DNA of 64,000 nucleotides from Schmidtea polychroa (Eukaryota): NCBI GenBank assembly GCA_044892525.1, contig CM097886.1, positions 100,192,001 to 100,256,000 of the forward strand, read 5' to 3'. Shown piece by piece: positions 13,692 to 26,352 of this stretch (position 1 is its first letter; each line of letters starts with the position of its first letter). The notes under the pieces were generated by a model. It saw only the letters and a program-made list of their open reading frames with translations, ran no database searches and was not told where the DNA came from. The position numbers and the translations under genes were made by a program.

Positions 13692-14041
13692 GATCTATGT
13701 TTATTGGTTTCCTTACTGGGTTGCTCCTGGGATGTTAGGGGTCATTGGAATGTGACAGTCTCCATTCTCTTTCCTTTTGCAAGTCATTAAATCAGTCGAT
13801 TTTGTTTAAAAACTTTTAATTCACATGTTTGATGAGGGAATGATAGCCAACACAAAATTATTAGTTGCTGTATCCTTTTGTCCAATAAAATTAACAATAA
13901 TATAGCAAATAATTCGTATTTATTTAAATATTTTGCCATTCTCACTATCAATCTGTCGAAATTGCAAGCTTAGATTTCAAATTAAAATTTCTTAACATGA
14001 CTATAATTAAAGCTCGCCAGCAACCTTCGGTGTGGCAAGGT

Positions 14042-14302
14042 TCAGCAAAGTTCATATTTCAAACAAGGCAAATCTTCAATGATCTCAGGGATGCAAGGAT
14101 CGACCATGCGTAACGAGCAATTATTACAACAATAGGCCCACCGATTTCCTTTATCAAAACAGCAGTAGAAATCCATGCAATCATAGCTCCTTTGGTCATA
14201 TCCATGATAGTGAGACTTACAAATTTCCCCATTAATAAAAATTTCCAACCGAAATGAAAAAAATAAATATAAAATAAATTTAAAGATTATTTTATCGATC
14301 AT
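14042..14302 (-). CDS. Putative small secreted cysteine-rich protein (86 aa, Shisa/VOPP1-like Cys spacing)
   Basis: Hydrophobic N-terminus MIDKIIFKFILYLFFSF, then C-x-CC-x-CC pattern with 10 Cys in total. The C-terminus may be frameshifted or spliced. Confidence 0.45.
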   Translation of the reverse strand: MIDKIIFKFILYLFFSFRLEIFINGEICKSHYHGYDQRSYDCMDFYCCFDKGNRWAYCCNNCSLRMVDPCIPEIIEDLPCLKYELC

Positions 14303-14844
14303 AAAAATGTAAAATTTTTTTATTTTTTACAATTAAATTTTGATCCAGTAAAACAACATCAGTCGATAATTATAATATCTAGAACAATTTTACTTTGGAG
14401 GTTGACAACAAAATTAGGTAAGAGTACGATTGAAGAAGGTTAGTTTCTGACTCCTCGTGTCTTTCCCAATCAAATAACTAAAACCCAACACAGAACAACT
14501 TTATTCAAACTTTACCACAATTACTATTTGTCACTAGATTTTCACCATCCTTTCCCTGATAATTGTTATCGTAAGGTAGATTGCCTAAGGGGTAATGACC
14601 TTTCATTGTACAATAATTTATAATTATTTCTAATTTTACTTGAATTCTTTTCTTTCTTTAAGTCTCCTTGATTTTCGCAAACACCTTCTGGTACTGTTTT
14701 CTTCGACACATTGGTGGCTCGTCTATTTTTGAACTCTCTTTTTATATTCTTTCTGTAAGACAAAACGTTTTTCAAATTCTATTTTTACCACATTTTCATA
14801 ATATTAAAACAACATTAATTGTTTAATATTACATTATTCCTACA

Positions 14845-16684
14845 TCTCCACCAGATTCATCTGAATCTTTGACAACTCTTTTTCTAATATCGCCCAGGTG
14901 TCGCGGCATATCGTATCCATTATATCTGACTAAAAATTGTGTATTTGATAATGGTTTAATGATATGTCCATTTTTCCATCTTTCTGTGCATTTTTGATTC
15001 AAATTCGGTTTTATCCATACTGGTTCACCAGCAGAATATTTTGCTTTGATTATTATCTCTTTTTTATTGTAGCTTGGCAGATTCAGCTTTGGATTATATC
15101 TAAATATGGCTCTAGATGGACAAATATTATTGTTGTTTGGCGTATTGTTGAACCAGTACACAGCTTCTGCAATTGTTCCTGAGGACCTAGCTGCTAGCGA
15201 TTTGATTGTCCGATGGCTGCGTTCAATGATCTTGTTTCCCCCTGGACGGTTCACTGTTCTAAATAACAACTCAACATTCCATTTATCTGCTAATTCTTGA
15301 AATTTTCTAGATCTAAAAGATAAGTAATTATTTAATACTATTTCATTTGGAGCTCCTCATATAACACTTCATTTAAAGCATTACATATCACTTCTACATT
15401 TTCATTCTTAATTTTCTTCCAGATTGCATATCTCGATGGTCTACAATCAATAATTGTCAAATATTTATCTTTAGCAAATTTAGCTACATCAATTGCTAAA
15501 CGGCACCAATTTTCATCACAGCTTAGTTCACCTTTTTCCCACGTTACTGGCGCTGGGTCAATTGATAGGCATTGATTACAACTTGCAGTTGTTTCTGAGA
15601 TCTCATTATTCACATTTAGTAGCCCCGCTTCCGATGCTAAGAATCGCATACGATTTTTCCCTACATGGCAGTTCTTGTGATCTCTAATAACACATCTTTC
15701 GAGCTTTTTTGATTGCCTAGAGGTGCGACTTCTTTTTTAATAATCATCCAGTTGACTGGTACTCTCGTTAAAACATCAGCCTTGTTATTTTCTGTAGATA
15801 CAAACTCAATGTCCATTTTAAGTTCATACTCAATCGCTAGATCTTTTAAAAGCTCTATCCTTCGTCGTATTAACAATTCTGAATTTGCTTTTGTATGTAT
15901 TTTTCTGTCGCTTGATAATATGCTGTTAACCCAACACACAACTGATTTACTATCGGATTTAATTTTGATGTACTTTAGATTCCATTTAATACATAAATTA
16001 ATACCATTCACAATTGCTTCTAATTCCACTAAATTAATGTGTCTTGAATCATCAGGTTTTCGCAACCAATACGCATCTTCAACCACTGAACCTTCCATTT
16101 CTAATACAATTCCAATGGCGATCGAACTTGCATCTCACCGAATTATGCCTGTCTGGTTGCTGGGAACACTCCAAATACCTGACGATGGATCTCTTTCATT
16201 CACTTTTTCTAATAACCATTTTACTTTGTCAACGATATGATTTTCTATTGAATCATCCCAATTTCCACTGGATAGCCTCTTGATATATGAGCAAGCTGGC
16301 CGCAACCACCCAGACACAGGATAAATTCCAACTAACTGGCCACATAACGAATATAGCTCTCTTCTTGAAAACCCTTCATTTAATTCATTTATCCGAATAT
16401 CGTTCGATCTTTTCCAATGTTCATTATTCTTTCGAAATACATCAATACCTAATACTCTTACACTGAGAGTATTCTTGACCTTTTCTTCTTCTTTACATAT
16501 CAAACCAAATCTACGCATTTCTGCACTTACTTTACTTGTTTTAACTTTAGATTCATCTACGAATATATCGTCTATGTATGAACTTGTGCTATCCCTGATT
16601 GATTCATTGTTGTTCAATACTTTATTCACAATCTCTGTCATTATCATTGGCGCGATATTCAATCCAAATTCCATTCTCGTAAGC
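14845..16684 (-). pseudogene. pol: C-terminal RT, RNase H and integrase of the decayed Gypsy
   Basis: FGLNIAP ... SYIDDIFV; HINLVELEAI; LAIDVAKF ... YLTIIDC; IIERSHRTIK; frameshifts. Confidence 0.85.
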
Positions 16685-19262
16685 CGGCGCTGGCGAACCT
16701 ATGGCACGCGTGCCCAAAGTGGCACGCCAAATCTTTGAGATAAAACAAATTTATGTAAATTTTAGTAGTATAAAATCATTGAAATCACAATTTAACACTT
16801 CAGTATGATTTTATTGTACAAATATTTTAGAAACTGTTAACTAGGAATCGAACAATAGGTCATTTTCAGATGGCAGAATATATATTTCTTATGATTAAAT
16901 CTCTAAATTATTTTCTATCTTTTTTTGTATATTCCGCATTTGTTTTAACAAGTAAAAATAAACAAGTTAAGATGCGCACGAATTTGATGACACAGACATC
17001 TTGTTGACATTATTATTGGTGAAAGATTTAATTTTTTTTGTAAATATTTAATAATTTAAAAATAAAAATTTTGCTAAATAAAATATCGTGTTCAAAGCAA
17101 AATAAAATAAAACTTTCAGAAGAAGGAAGTGGCAGGGAATTCCAAGATTGGTTGACTGAGCGATATGGAGTAATCAACAAACAAAGTAAGGCCTTGTGTG
17201 TCTTATGTTCTGAAAGCGTTGTTTGTCGAACATCTTCAGTTAAACGTCACTATGAAAGCAATCATAAGTGGCTTCTTTGCAAAAGCGAAGATGAACAAAA
17301 AGAATATATATTGCGCCAGTTAAAAAATGCAAATTTACAATCCTGTTCGTTTGTAAAGTTTGTTAAAAGTACATCTAACTTAGTGTCTGCAAGTTTTGAA
17401 GTTTCCAAAATAATAGCTAAGCATGGCAAGCCTTTCAGTGATGGTGATTACATCAAAGAAACATGGGTAGAATGTGCGCCATATTTGTTTGAAGATTTTC
17501 CAAATAAAGACAAACTTTTTCAGCGAATAAAAGATCTGCCAATTAGTCAAAATACAGTAAAAGAGAGAATAATTAACTTGAATTCAAATATTGAGAATCA
17601 ATTATAAGAAGACATCAAGTTATGTCAGGCTTTCTCTATTTGCCTGGACGAGATGTAACATCGTCTGCTTGATTAGCCATCATTGCTAGATATCCGAAAG
17701 AAAACGAAATGCGCGAAGAACTAATAAAACTAACCAAATTATATAGAACAACAACGGGTGCAGAAATATGCCAAAAAGTCGTGGATGAACTTAAAAATGC
17801 AGATTTAGACGTAAATAAAATAGTCTCTGTAACGACTGACGGTGCACCAAGTATGACTGGAAAAGATGCGGGTTTCGTGAATTTGTTTACGAAACATGTT
17901 GGACACCCACTGGTTGCGTTTCACTGTATTGTGCACCAAGAAGCATTGTGTACAAAATCCGGTTTGAAGAAACTTGAAGATGTTATGAAAATTGTAACAA
18001 AAATTGTAAATTTCATTACTGCTCGTGCTTTGAATAAAAGAAAATTTGAACTGCTGTTAAATGAAGTCCAGTCCGTTTACTCTGGGTTACTAATGTACAA
18101 TAGTGTTCACTGGCTTAGAAGAGGTCGTGTGCTGGAACGTTTCGTGGAATGCCTTGATGAAATTCGAATGTTTATGGAAGACAACAAACAGAAGTATTCA
18201 GAGTTAACTGATGTTGACTGGCTCAGCAGACTAATGTTCTTTACAGATTTTACTTCACATCTAAATGAACTTAACACTAAGTTGCAAGGTTTTGGAAAAA
18301 CCGTTGACGAGGCTTTTGACGTTATAAAAGCATTTGAAAAGAAGTTGAAAATTTTCAAACGTGATTTGGAAAAACAAGAGTTTCAATATTTTCAAAGACT
18401 TAAAAGATTTTATACTGAAATAGAAATCCATGAAACCGTTGTCAAAGACTCTCAGATTTTGTTATTTTTAGAGACAATCGACGCAACCCTCGAACAATTT
18501 TCAGTTCGCATAAGTGCGTTTTGTTCAGTTTAGAAAGTTTGAAGACACAACAAAATTTATAAAATATCCAGATACAGTCGAGTTTGAAAATTTGGATTTA
18601 ACAATGTTCGACTGGATGGAATTACAAGTTTTTGAAATGCAGTTAGTTGAACTACAGTCCAGCTCAATTTGGAAACAAAAGTTTGTTGACTTACGAGTAC
18701 GACTAGAAAGAATTGAATGTGAGCGCTGCAATGGATCAGAACCACAGCTACCTGCTGAAAACGAGGTACTCAGTGTCTGGAATTGTTTTCCTGAAACTTT
18801 CAACTCTCTGAAAAAAATAGCGATTGCGATTTTGTCAATTTTCTCATCTAGTTACTCGTGCGAATCATTGTTTTCATCGATGAACTTTATAAAATCAGAC
18901 ACCAGAAACAGTTTGACTGACGACTTGAGTGCAGCTTGTGTAGCTTTGGAGAATACAAAATATTCTCCAGATATAAAACTTCTATCATCCACCATACAAC
19001 AGCAAAGGTCACATTGATTTTACTAAGTCACTAAATCACGTTAAATATATTCTTATAGTAAAGTTATACTATTATAGTAATTGTAGTTTTTTTTAAAATT
19101 GTAGTTATAACTATTCTTTTTGACTAAACTAGACTTGAAACATTTAATGTGAACACACGGTATCAATTAAAATGCTAAAAAATGTATTTGGCACGCCAGC
19201 GTGTTTTTATTTTTCAATTTTAAAATATTGGCACGCAATCTAAAAAAGGTTCGCCACCCCTG
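16685..19262 (+). mobile_element. hAT (Buster/Charlie, GTF2IRD2-like) element with disrupted transposase at 17071-19017
   Basis: TIRs CGGCGCTGGCGAACCT / AGGTTCGCCACCCCTG match 13/16. TSD TCGTAAGC / TTGTAAGC. Motifs CVLCSESV...KRHYESNH, VTTDGAPSM, HCIVHQEALC, WLRRG, SSYSCESLFS. Confidence 0.92.
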
Positions 19263-19308
19263 TTGTAAGCGCATAACTCTTCCCATTAACCATACAAGAT
19301 TGATATCG

Positions 19309-20770
19309 TCACATGCTTTTATCCACGTGTATTTGCATATATGCATCAGATAAATCTAACATTGCAAATTCTTTACTTAAACATCTCCATGATTGTAATT
19401 TTTCAGAACAGATATCTGCATTCCCGCTATATACATTAATATATTTATTGATACTCCTAAAGTCAAATACTGGACGCACTTTCGCTTTATTTAACTGAAT
19501 TATACCATAAATAGGTACTGATCCGATCGGTTTGCCCATTGTTTTCTCGTCGTAATCAACTAGATAGCTGTTAGATATCCTAGAATTCAAGATACGCATC
19601 GTCTCCTGATCCTTACTACAATTATCATAAAAGTTTGAATTTCTATTAGGTCGAAATTTCGGCGGCTCTGACTTCCAATTCCATTTGACAATCCATTTCT
19701 CGTTTTCAAATCTCGCAGAGAAATTTTCCTTCAATATTTCTGACATACTACTACTAGAGCACGCTACGTGACAAGGTGCTTCTTCACAACAGAATATGGC
19801 TTCTTTATTCAATCGAACTCCACCAAAACTATTAATAGCATTCACTCCTAAAATTAAATCATAATTGGATACTAGTTTCGGGTATATTAAACAATCAATA
19901 TTAAATAACTTATCTCCAACCCATATATCAACTTTACTTCGCTCAGCATATATGATTGAACCATCAAGCATCGCTACTGCAGTTATAGATTTTCGTGGAT
20001 TTCCTTTTACTATAGTGGTAGTGCTGCCCGAATCAACTAAACATGCTTTTACATCACCATTTACTTTTAGGAGTCTCACATATTAACAATTCTTGTGGCC
20101 ACACCCGACTCCACGTTGTGTGTAGCCCCTTGATCTTTTCCCGACTTGCAAAACCTTGAAATATGTCCCATAATACCGCATTTTGCACATCTGAAGTTGC
20201 GTCTTTCTGGACAGTATCTTACCACATGATTAGCACTATTGCATATATAGCATTTTCGATTGGCTTTTCTTCCACTATCTGATCTTGGTACTACTACTGC
20301 AACCGTTTCATTGTCATAAATTTGATGACTTGGGACTTTCTTTGCTTGAGCGACTAACTCATTCATTGTTGACGCTGTCGACATCTTTAGTTGATTTGAC
20401 AAATCACTTGGTAAGCTATTTACAAAAAATCGGGTTAGTAGATCACCTGAACATTCCAACAGTGACCTTAATTCATTTACATGGACATCCAAGTTATCAC
20501 CCATTAATAACTTTTTCTGTAAAAGTTTCGTAAAAGCTTCTTGGTCGCTCATACCGAAGGTTTTCAATAATTCCTTCTTCAGCATACCAAAATCCATTGT
20601 CGTGTTGCTTTTTTTTAACTGTTTGAAAACTGCATAATGGCATTACATTCATGACATTTTTCACATTCTTGGCTTCCAAAATAATTTCGAGTTCGTCGAA
20701 CCATTCTTCCACATCTGTATTTTTGCCATCGAATTTTCCAACATTTTCAATTATGATCTTGTTGATTTTC
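19309..20770 (-). pseudogene. gag-pol: gag (two CCHC knuckles), protease and N-terminal RT of the decayed Gypsy
   Basis: FDGKNTDVEEWF; CYICNSANHVVRYC and CAKCGIMGHISRFC; LVDSGSTTTI; VRPVFDFRSIN; LDLSDAYMQI; frameshifts. Confidence 0.85.
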
Positions 20771-21803
20771 ATTATCCGGATAGCTTGTAAGACAAAACGT
20801 CTTTCAAATTCTATTTTTACCACATTTTCATAATATTAAAACAACATTAATTGTTTAATATTACATTATTCCTACACTTTTTTATGAGGGTTATTATCTA
20901 CATAATTTGAGATTATTGACAATAATTAGTGTTCGAGGAACCTTGGGTAAATATTTTGAGGATTATCATTACAGTTTAATTTGTTTATCTCGAATTGGCG
21001 CTCGGGTTCGTTCGTTTCTCTATCTAATCAGTCAGGTATACCAAACCCAATACGTTGCGGGTTTTCTTCAGCGTTCCAGTTTCCCATTACGGATTAATTA
21101 ACTTTAATTAATTTTGTTTTAAGTTATAAATTTCCCTATGAACCCCTTACTTAATATTCATTATTATTTCTGAATTTCTCAACCATGCCCGTTTCCCCCG
21201 ATAAATATTATTTTTCAAATTTTATAAATTTTTAATTACTTTTGAACTTTTGTCATTTTGATAATTTTATTGATTTTATTTGTGTTTCAATATTTGATTT
21301 TATACATTTTTACATTGCCCCCAATACGAATAAAGCTAATAAATGGTGCTTATTCTTTTGTTTGGATATATCAAATTTTCAACAGGAATTACCTCTGAAT
21401 CTCGCTCCTCGTGTTCAGTTGAAAATTAGAGAAAAAATGAAACAAAATAGAAATAATTTAATGATCACAAAAAAACACAATTCGTCCACAATAATTTCCA
21501 GTTAATTTTTTTAGAAAAAATGTCAAGTGCGGCTTATCTGCGCGATTTTAGGGTAATCAACTTTTGTATGAAATGCACCGTGTTTTCATTGGGTGCATAA
21601 TAAAATACATAAAAGTATTTTTGTAAATTATTTTGTTTTACTAAACCACCTGAGTTTAAGTAGTATGGGATGCATAAATGACCTCGCAAATCAACGAACC
21701 GTAAAATTTAATTTACTATTTTGCTTCACTGACTGACATTTTGCTTGTGAATATAATTATTTTTTTACAATTAATTGATTTGCATTTCTTTAATAACTTA
21801 GTA

Positions 21804-24228
21804 CAGCTATGTCTAACCTGCGGCCCGCGGGACGCATGCGGCCCATTCAATAATTTTGTGCGGCCCGTTTTGTATAAATATTTATTGTAATGAAATATCA
21901 AATATAAATTTTTATTGTAGTAAAATATCACATGTGCGTTCAAAAATTTTTTTAATGTGTATTGTTTTATTTTTTATACAAAAAACGGTTACTTTTAAGA
22001 TTTTTTTTTAGTTTTAACACAAAAGACGGTTACAACTTGTGTAAAAATTTTATGCATGATAGTCATAGCAACCATTTTATGCATGGTGACTATGACTATC
22101 GTGCATAAAATGGTTGCTATGATTACAAGTAAAAAATTTATTAAAAAATCATTATTATTTTATTTATAATTATCGAACTCTTGTGCTAGCTTAAAAATAT
22201 TTGGTATTTATTAAAAATATTATGTGAAATATTGTGTATATATCAAAACGGAATCAAATATCATTGAGTAAATTATTTTTAATTTCATTTTTAATTTATT
22301 TTAATCTTAGTCTTTTATTAAGGACTTTCTATCCATTATGTCTGATAAGAATAAAAAAAGAAAATTTGAAGATGAAAACAGACAATTTCAAATTGAATGG
22401 GAAAATTTATATTTTTACACGCAGGTGAAAGAAAACGCTATATGTTTAATTTGTCGTCAATCTACCTCAATATTAAAATCATATAATTTGAGACGACATT
22501 TTGAACAAAAACATGATGATTATAAAAAATATACTAAAGACCAACGAAAAGTGAAATTAGATACACTTAAAGCAAATCTGAATGCAGAACGAAATATATT
22601 TCATAAACAAACAATTCAATCTAATGCCATCGTTAATGCCAGCATGCGAATATCACACATTATTTTTCAGATGGTCAATACATCAAAGAATGCCTTATTG
22701 CTGCAGTTGAAGAAATTATTCCAGAAAAAGTTAAGATTTTTGGTCAAATTAGTCTATCACATCAAACTGTATCACGAAGAATTGATAACATTTCAACTGA
22801 TATTTGTTCTACGCTGGACATGGTTTCTAAAGAGTTTGTTTATTTCTCACTGGCTTTGGATGAGACAACAGATATTAAAGACACTGCACAACTTGCTATT
22901 TTTATTCGAGGTGTTAATAGTGAAATGAGTGTAACTGAAGAACTTCTGGATGTTATGAGTTTGAAAGGCACAACTACCGGAAAAATATACAAGAAGCTGT
23001 CGTAAAATGCACACATGATCATGGTCTGAATTTAGCAAACCTAATTGGAATCACCACAGATGGTGCAGCCTCAAAGATCGGTAAAAATATTGGAGCCGTA
23101 AAATTAATTCTTGATTATAGAAATGCCATAGAAAAAGCTTCATTATCTCCGGACCTTTTTATTTGTCACTGTTTTTTACACCTTGAGAATTTATGTGCGC
23201 AAGTATTTGATATGGACCATGTGATGTCAGTCGTTATTAAAACAGTTAACGCAATAAAAAATAAATCCTTGAAACATCGTCAGTTTCAAGATTACCTTCA
23301 AGAACTAGAATCTGAGTAGTGATTTGCTTTTTATGCGAAAATTCGCTGGTTAAGTCGTGGGAAATGTTTAGAAAGATTTTGGAATTTGAGAGAAGAGATT
23401 GGAATTTTTATGAATGACCAAAATGTTCCTGAATTATATGATGAGCAGTGGCTTTTGGATTTATGTTTCCTTACAGATATTACTATGAAATTAAACGAAC
23501 TGAATAGGCAGCTTCAAGGTGAAAACAAGTTGATCACAGACTGTTATGGAAATATAAAAGCATTCATAACAAAACTGAAACTTTATGAAAGTCAATTAAA
23601 ATCAAAAAATTCTGTCCACTTTCCAATATTACATATATTTAATTGTGACAAAAAAGATTTTTCTAAATATGCACAAGAAATTACCAATTTACTAGAAGAA
23701 TTTCAGAAGAGATTTTCATATTTAAAGAAATATGAGAATATATTTAATATTTTCCTATGTCCATTTGACATTGTTGTGGAATCAGCTCCAACAAATTTGC
23801 AAATGGAGTTAATAGATCTCCAGTCATCTTCTGAATTAAAATATATGTTTTATAAAAAATACATATGCAATGATAAATTTCCTAATCTAAGAAAACTAGC
23901 GATAAGCGTTACAGCTGCAATGGGGACCACGTATCTTTGCAAATCTTTTTTTTCAAAATTAAAGATTGTTAAATGTAAAAGTCGTAATAGATTAACTGAT
24001 GAAAATTTAAAAAAACCAATTACGATGTGCAACTTTGAAAATACCTGTGGACATAAAAAAATTATCTGAAAAAATTGAAAAACAAGTTTCACATTAAGTA
24101 ATATGTATGTATATGTAAAACATAATTTAGTTTGTATAATTTTTTTATAATAAATAAATACGTGCGGCCCACATTATATTTTTATTTTTTATTTTGGCCC
24201 AGTAACCAATTTCGGTTGGACACCACTG
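21804..24228 (+). mobile_element. hAT (Buster, GTF2IRD2-like) element copy 1, transposase pseudogene at 22338-24069
   Basis: Ends CAGCTATGTCTAACC and GGTTGGACACCACTG. Motifs CLICRQ...RRHFEQKH, LALDETTDIKDTAQLAIF, TTDGA, RWLSRG; several frameshifts. Confidence 0.92.
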
Positions 24229-26352
24229 ATCTAGGTAACGGTAGATCGAACTTGCTCTACACGATCGCACAAAATTCGGGAATCCCCTCATCTTTTCCCA
24301 TTCTTTTATACAGCGCTGTGAGGCATTAGCTGCAGCTTTTGTGCTTTATCTGAGGACGGTTCGAATAACCGATTTCTTTGCTTAGAGTTGAGCGGCATTT
24401 TTTGGATCCACCTGATCAGAACCTAACAATATCATTATTTTTAATATATTAAAATTCATGGCAGAAAAAATTTTGGATCTTCAATCGAACAACTCTACTT
24501 TGAGTTTTCGATAAAAGAACGACAAAATATCGTAATATCTATTTATAAAATATTTTTGAAGTTATTATTTCTTTAGATTTTTAGATATTTCTCTGGAAAA
24601 AAATTCGAAAATCGTAAATTTTTATAACTTGTATAAAAAAATAATAATTTCATAGAATTACATAAAATGAAAAAAATCGCCATATCAATGAACTGGAGAG
24701 AGAAGATTACAAAAACGTAAAAAACTACTCCGCTTCTTTCTTAAATATCTTAACAAAATAAATGTGTTTGGTAATTTTTTTATTTATTTATAGTTAAAAA
24801 TATTAATCTAACATACATTTTATCGAAATAATTCCAAATCAATTCATTCATAGTCATTTCATAGTCGTAAAAATCCTTAAAAAACCCTGAAAATTAATTA
24901 AAAATAATTTATAATCAAAATGTTGACTACAAGTAACATTTAAGAGCTTGAATATTGATCTTATAATTTTATAAAATCAAAATTCAAACCTTAAAAGTTA
25001 CTTAAATTAAAAAACTTATAAAATGGAATAAATGAAATGAAGTAAATAACTTCACATTGTCATAAATGGTGAGTCATCAACTGATGACACACCAACGTGT
25101 ATTATAGAGACTTTTAACTTTTGGAATTAGGTGTATTTAGGTATTTTGAAATAATGTATTTTTATGTAGAGATGTGTTTTTATTATTTATCATGTTAGTG
25201 CTTTATTGAATAATGGGTGAAAAATGTACAAATTGTGTCATATAGTAAATTTTTCTTATATTTTTAGGCCATGTGGACAAGTTTGTCATTGGCCTCTAGT
25301 CAGGATGCCACTGACCCATATATCCATTGCTTCTCATAAACCATCAACATCTTCCAGTGAGACACTGTTTCAAGTAGCAAGCCAAATTACTGTGGCAGTT
25401 GCACATCCAGACGATCCAGTGTCTGCAAATCATTTATCTCACCTTTATAGGAGCCATCAACAGAATCATCACCAGTGTTTTGATCGGAACCAAAACAACT
25501 GATAGACCGACCAGATAACCTTGGTACTGATATGCCTAGTCTACCAAAACCGAAAACATATCACATTACTAAGTTTGGAAACAAATCTGTTCATTTGGTG
25601 GAACTGCATGGTATTCCCAATTTCCGTGGCTTAAATACTCTATCAATCAAAACAAATGCTTCTGCAACCAATGCCATAAGACAAACCATGTCATGACAAT
25701 CCATCCGACCGTGTATTCTCCATGTATAGCTTCTCAAACTGGAAAATTGCAATGGAAAAAGGAAAAGGCTTTCTACGTTATAACTCGACACAGTCTCACA
25801 TGGTGGCTTGACCAGAATTTTATCCCACTTTCGTCGATCAATGACACAAACTCGAATGAAGGATTTGTTGATGTTGACGTTTGAGGATGAGATCACCTCC
25901 ACAACCTCTCACGAAGAACTGCTAATGTTCATTGTGGTGTGATTTTTTGTATATTCTGTCTCATACTAAGCATTTTTGTGTATAATTTGATTGGATGAAA
26001 TATTATTGTGGAAACATAGAAATCGTTGTCCAATATTTTTAAGCACTGGGAAAATTTTGGAAGGACACGGCTCCTCAATTTTGGATCCTCATTGGATTTT
26101 GTATTACTATATTCATCATTTGCCATTTGCTCATATCCGTTCCCCCAAAAAACATTAATAATTTCCAATTTTTAATCAATTTTTGCACTTAAATTATTTT
26201 CTGAAGTTCATTAAGTTATGGTTTTGACTCTTTTGCATTTCTATGCATTTAAACTTTATTTCACATTGATCCAGACAGCCCTTACAAAATCTGCTTTATA
26301 ATATCAGCAGGCCCGTAGCAAACCAGGGGCACGAGGACTCCATATACTAAGT

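Larger units (their letters stand above)
14754..20876 (-). mobile_element. Decayed Ty3/Gypsy LTR retrotransposon with 91-bp LTRs, interrupted by a hAT element
   Basis: LTRs at 14754-14844 and 20786-20876 (TGT...ACA, one mismatch seen). Flanks CTTTC / CTTTT. Purine tract GGTGGAGA before the 3' LTR. gag-PR-RT-RH-IN fragments are in Gypsy order. Confidence 0.9.

Noticed and set aside
24229-26352. Gene or transposase inside the inverted spacer
   Set aside because: Higher-GC patches (24240-24420, 25260-25940) look like decayed coding sequence, but no family motif could be assigned.
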